Positions 18,465 to 20,000 of a stretch of DNA of 20,000 nt are shown here, piece after piece (position 1 is the stretch's first letter; the number at the start of each line of letters is the position of its first letter). This stretch comes from an uncultured virus (IMG/VR IMGVR_UViG_2630968826_000003). Lineage: Duplodnaviria > Heunggongvirae > Uroviricota > Caudoviricetes. The translations under genes and the position numbers were made by a program. Below the pieces are notes generated by a model that worked only from the letters and a program-made list of their open reading frames with translations, was not told the origin of the DNA and made no database searches. The stretch is taken from the IMG/VR virus record IMGVR_UViG_2630968826_000003; one strand, written 5' to 3'.

Positions 18465-19970
18465 TTAACGTAACAGAGACAGCACGTTCTGCGGGACCTG
18501 GTTAGCCTGCGCCAGAACGGAAGTACCAGCCTGCTGCAGAATCTGCGCGCGAGACATGTTGGAGACTTCAGTCGCATAGTCGGAATCTTCGATACGGCTA
18601 CGCGCTTCAGACAGGTTGTTTACGGTATTGCCCAGGTTGGTGATAGCGGAGTTGAAACGGTTCTGTACCGCACCCAGGTCAGAGCGCAGCGCATCCACCT
18701 GCGCCAGCGCGGCATCAATTTTCTGCAGCGGGTTTTCGGTGGTTTTAGCGGCTGCTTCAGCCAGCTCTGGTTGTGCTTTGAAATCATGACCAGCGGCTTT
18801 GCTGGCATTGTAGGTTTTACCGTCTATAGTAACGACTTCGGTTTTACCGTCTACGCCACCCAGTTGGTTAGCCGCTGTTTTGGTAGTGCCGTCAGCAGCA
18901 GTATAACTTGTGGTTTTAGCTTTAATTGCTCCTGTCGCTTCATCGTAATCTGCGGCGTAATACTTATCGCCAGCTTTAAGCGCATAACCGCCTTCAATTG
19001 TCTTACCATTTTTATCGGTATAAGACATTTTGACCAATGTCGCGGCATTTGCATCCGCAGATGATACGCCCCCATCTTGTAAGGCTTTTTTCGTGGCAGC
19101 ATCTGCTGCTACAGGAGCATTAACCTGTACCTTAGTAACAGCGGTATCACCTGTAACAGTAGATTTAGTTGGGGTAGCACCGAATGATACAGCCCCTGTA
19201 GCACTATCAACGGTAACTTCATATTTGCCATTTTTGGCAGTATCCCCCGCATCGGTATAACCACCTACAGTGGCATAATATTTACCATCCTTAAAGGATA
19301 CGGTGGCAGTCAATGTATCGCCAGTTACTGTCGGGTTGCCTAATGCAGCTTTAATCTCAGTTGCAGTTGGTGCCGTAAGCGCCTGAGTACCATCACTATA
19401 GGTAGAGCTGATAACGTCTGTCGCAGAAACATCATACGCTTTCTGCACGTTCAGTGAATCCAGGCCCAGGGTCTGAGAGTTGATCTGCTTCAGATCGATA
19501 TCGATAGTTTCACCGTCGTTGGCACCAACCTGGATGGTCAGGGTGTTGTCCTGCGCCAGGACTTTCACGCCGTTGAACTGAGTCTGGCCGGATACACGGT
19601 CGATTTCGTTCAGACGCTGGGTGATTTCAGCCTGGATGGAGTCGAGGTCAGACTGGGAGTTGGTGCTGTTAGCAGACTGAACCGCCAGTTCACGCACACG
19701 CTGCAGGTTGTTGTTGATTTCGTTCAGCGCGCCTTCAGTGGTCTGCGCAATAGAGATACCGTCGTTAGCGTTACGGGAAGCCTGAGTCAGACCTTTAATG
19801 TTCGCGGTAAAACGGTTAGCAATTGCCTGACCTGCCGCATCGTCTTTCGCGCTGTTGATACGCAGACCAGAAGACAGACGCTCGATAGCGGTGCCCAGTG
19901 CGGACTGGGATTTGTTCAGGTTATTCTGGGTCAGCAGCGACAGACTGTTAGTGTTGATTACTTGTGCCAT
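18465..19970 (-). CDS. fljB: Phase-2 flagellin FljB
   Basis: Conserved flagellin termini MAQVINTNSLSLLTQNNL / QVPQNVLSLLR; located between hixR and fljA. Confidence 0.97.
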   Translation of the reverse strand: MAQVINTNSLSLLTQNNLNKSQSALGTAIERLSSGLRINSAKDDAAGQAIANRFTANIKGLTQASRNANDGISIAQTTEGALNEINNNLQRVRELAVQSANSTNSQSDLDSIQAEITQRLNEIDRVSGQTQFNGVKVLAQDNTLTIQVGANDGETIDIDLKQINSQTLGLDSLNVQKAYDVSATDVISSTYSDGTQALTAPTATEIKAALGNPTVTGDTLTATVSFKDGKYYATVGGYTDAGDTAKNGKYEVTVDSATGAVSFGATPTKSTVTGDTAVTKVQVNAPVAADAATKKALQDGGVSSADANAATLVKMSYTDKNGKTIEGGYALKAGDKYYAADYDEATGAIKAKTTSYTAADGTTKTAANQLGGVDGKTEVVTIDGKTYNASKAAGHDFKAQPELAEAAAKTTENPLQKIDAALAQVDALRSDLGAVQNRFNSAITNLGNTVNNLSEARSRIEDSDYATEVSNMSRAQILQQAGTSVLAQANQVPQNVLSLLR

Positions 19971-19974
19971 AAAA

Positions 19975-20000
19975 TTTTCCTTTTGGAAGGTTTTTGATAA
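19975..20000. promoter_or_regulatory. hixR site for Hin invertase
   Basis: TTTTCCTTTTGGAAGGTTTTTGATAA (26 bp) immediately upstream of the fljB start. Confidence 0.92.

Noticed and set aside
18398..18577. N-terminal extension of FljA (239-aa ORF call)
   Set aside because: Overlaps fljB and the terminator; FljA starts at MECIAV (18397)
17299..19260. ORFs 17299-17673, 17426-17623, 17678-18064 and small ORFs inside fljB as real genes
   Set aside because: They cross att/terminator sequence or shadow fljA/fljB; only the first ~25 codons of 17299-17673 belong to the YheO-like remnant
19975..20000. Calling the flagellar phase (ON/OFF) from hixR
   Set aside because: The inner half-site is the same in both orientations and the invertible segment lies outside the window

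Overview
Salmonella-type chromosomal window spanning the ssrA (tmRNA) integration hotspot up to the phase-2 flagellin locus. It has three parts. (1) 1-4257 is the right end of a P2/186-like (Fels-2-like) prophage: early lytic operon (ASCH/DUF3850, DUF2732, fil, cII, apl/cox), switch region, cI, integrase, and a 45-bp duplicated ssrA 3' end. (2) About 4245-17333 is a second, CP4-57/P4-integrase island bounded by a 13-bp ssrA-derived direct repeat. It carries an AT-rich putative defence cluster (PIN-like protein and N6-adenine MTase, divergent from an ORC/CDC6-like P-loop ATPase with Zn-ribbon/alphaCTD-like tail and a HEPN protein), two small membrane proteins, two abutting IS3-family elements (with an assembly join at N13340), and a retron-like RT locus. 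The RT locus consists of a highly structured ~310-nt non-coding leader, a 75-aa basic/hydrophobic small ORF with an occluded RBS, a 319-aa RT, and a TIR-like gene split at an A10 run. (3) 17334-20000 holds a terminator, a YheO-like HTH remnant, fljA, fljB and hixR. The most interesting candidates are the atypical RT/ncRNA/small-protein(/TIR) locus and the ATPase-HEPN/MTase-PIN cluster. All family assignments come from motif recognition by eye; no database searches were run.
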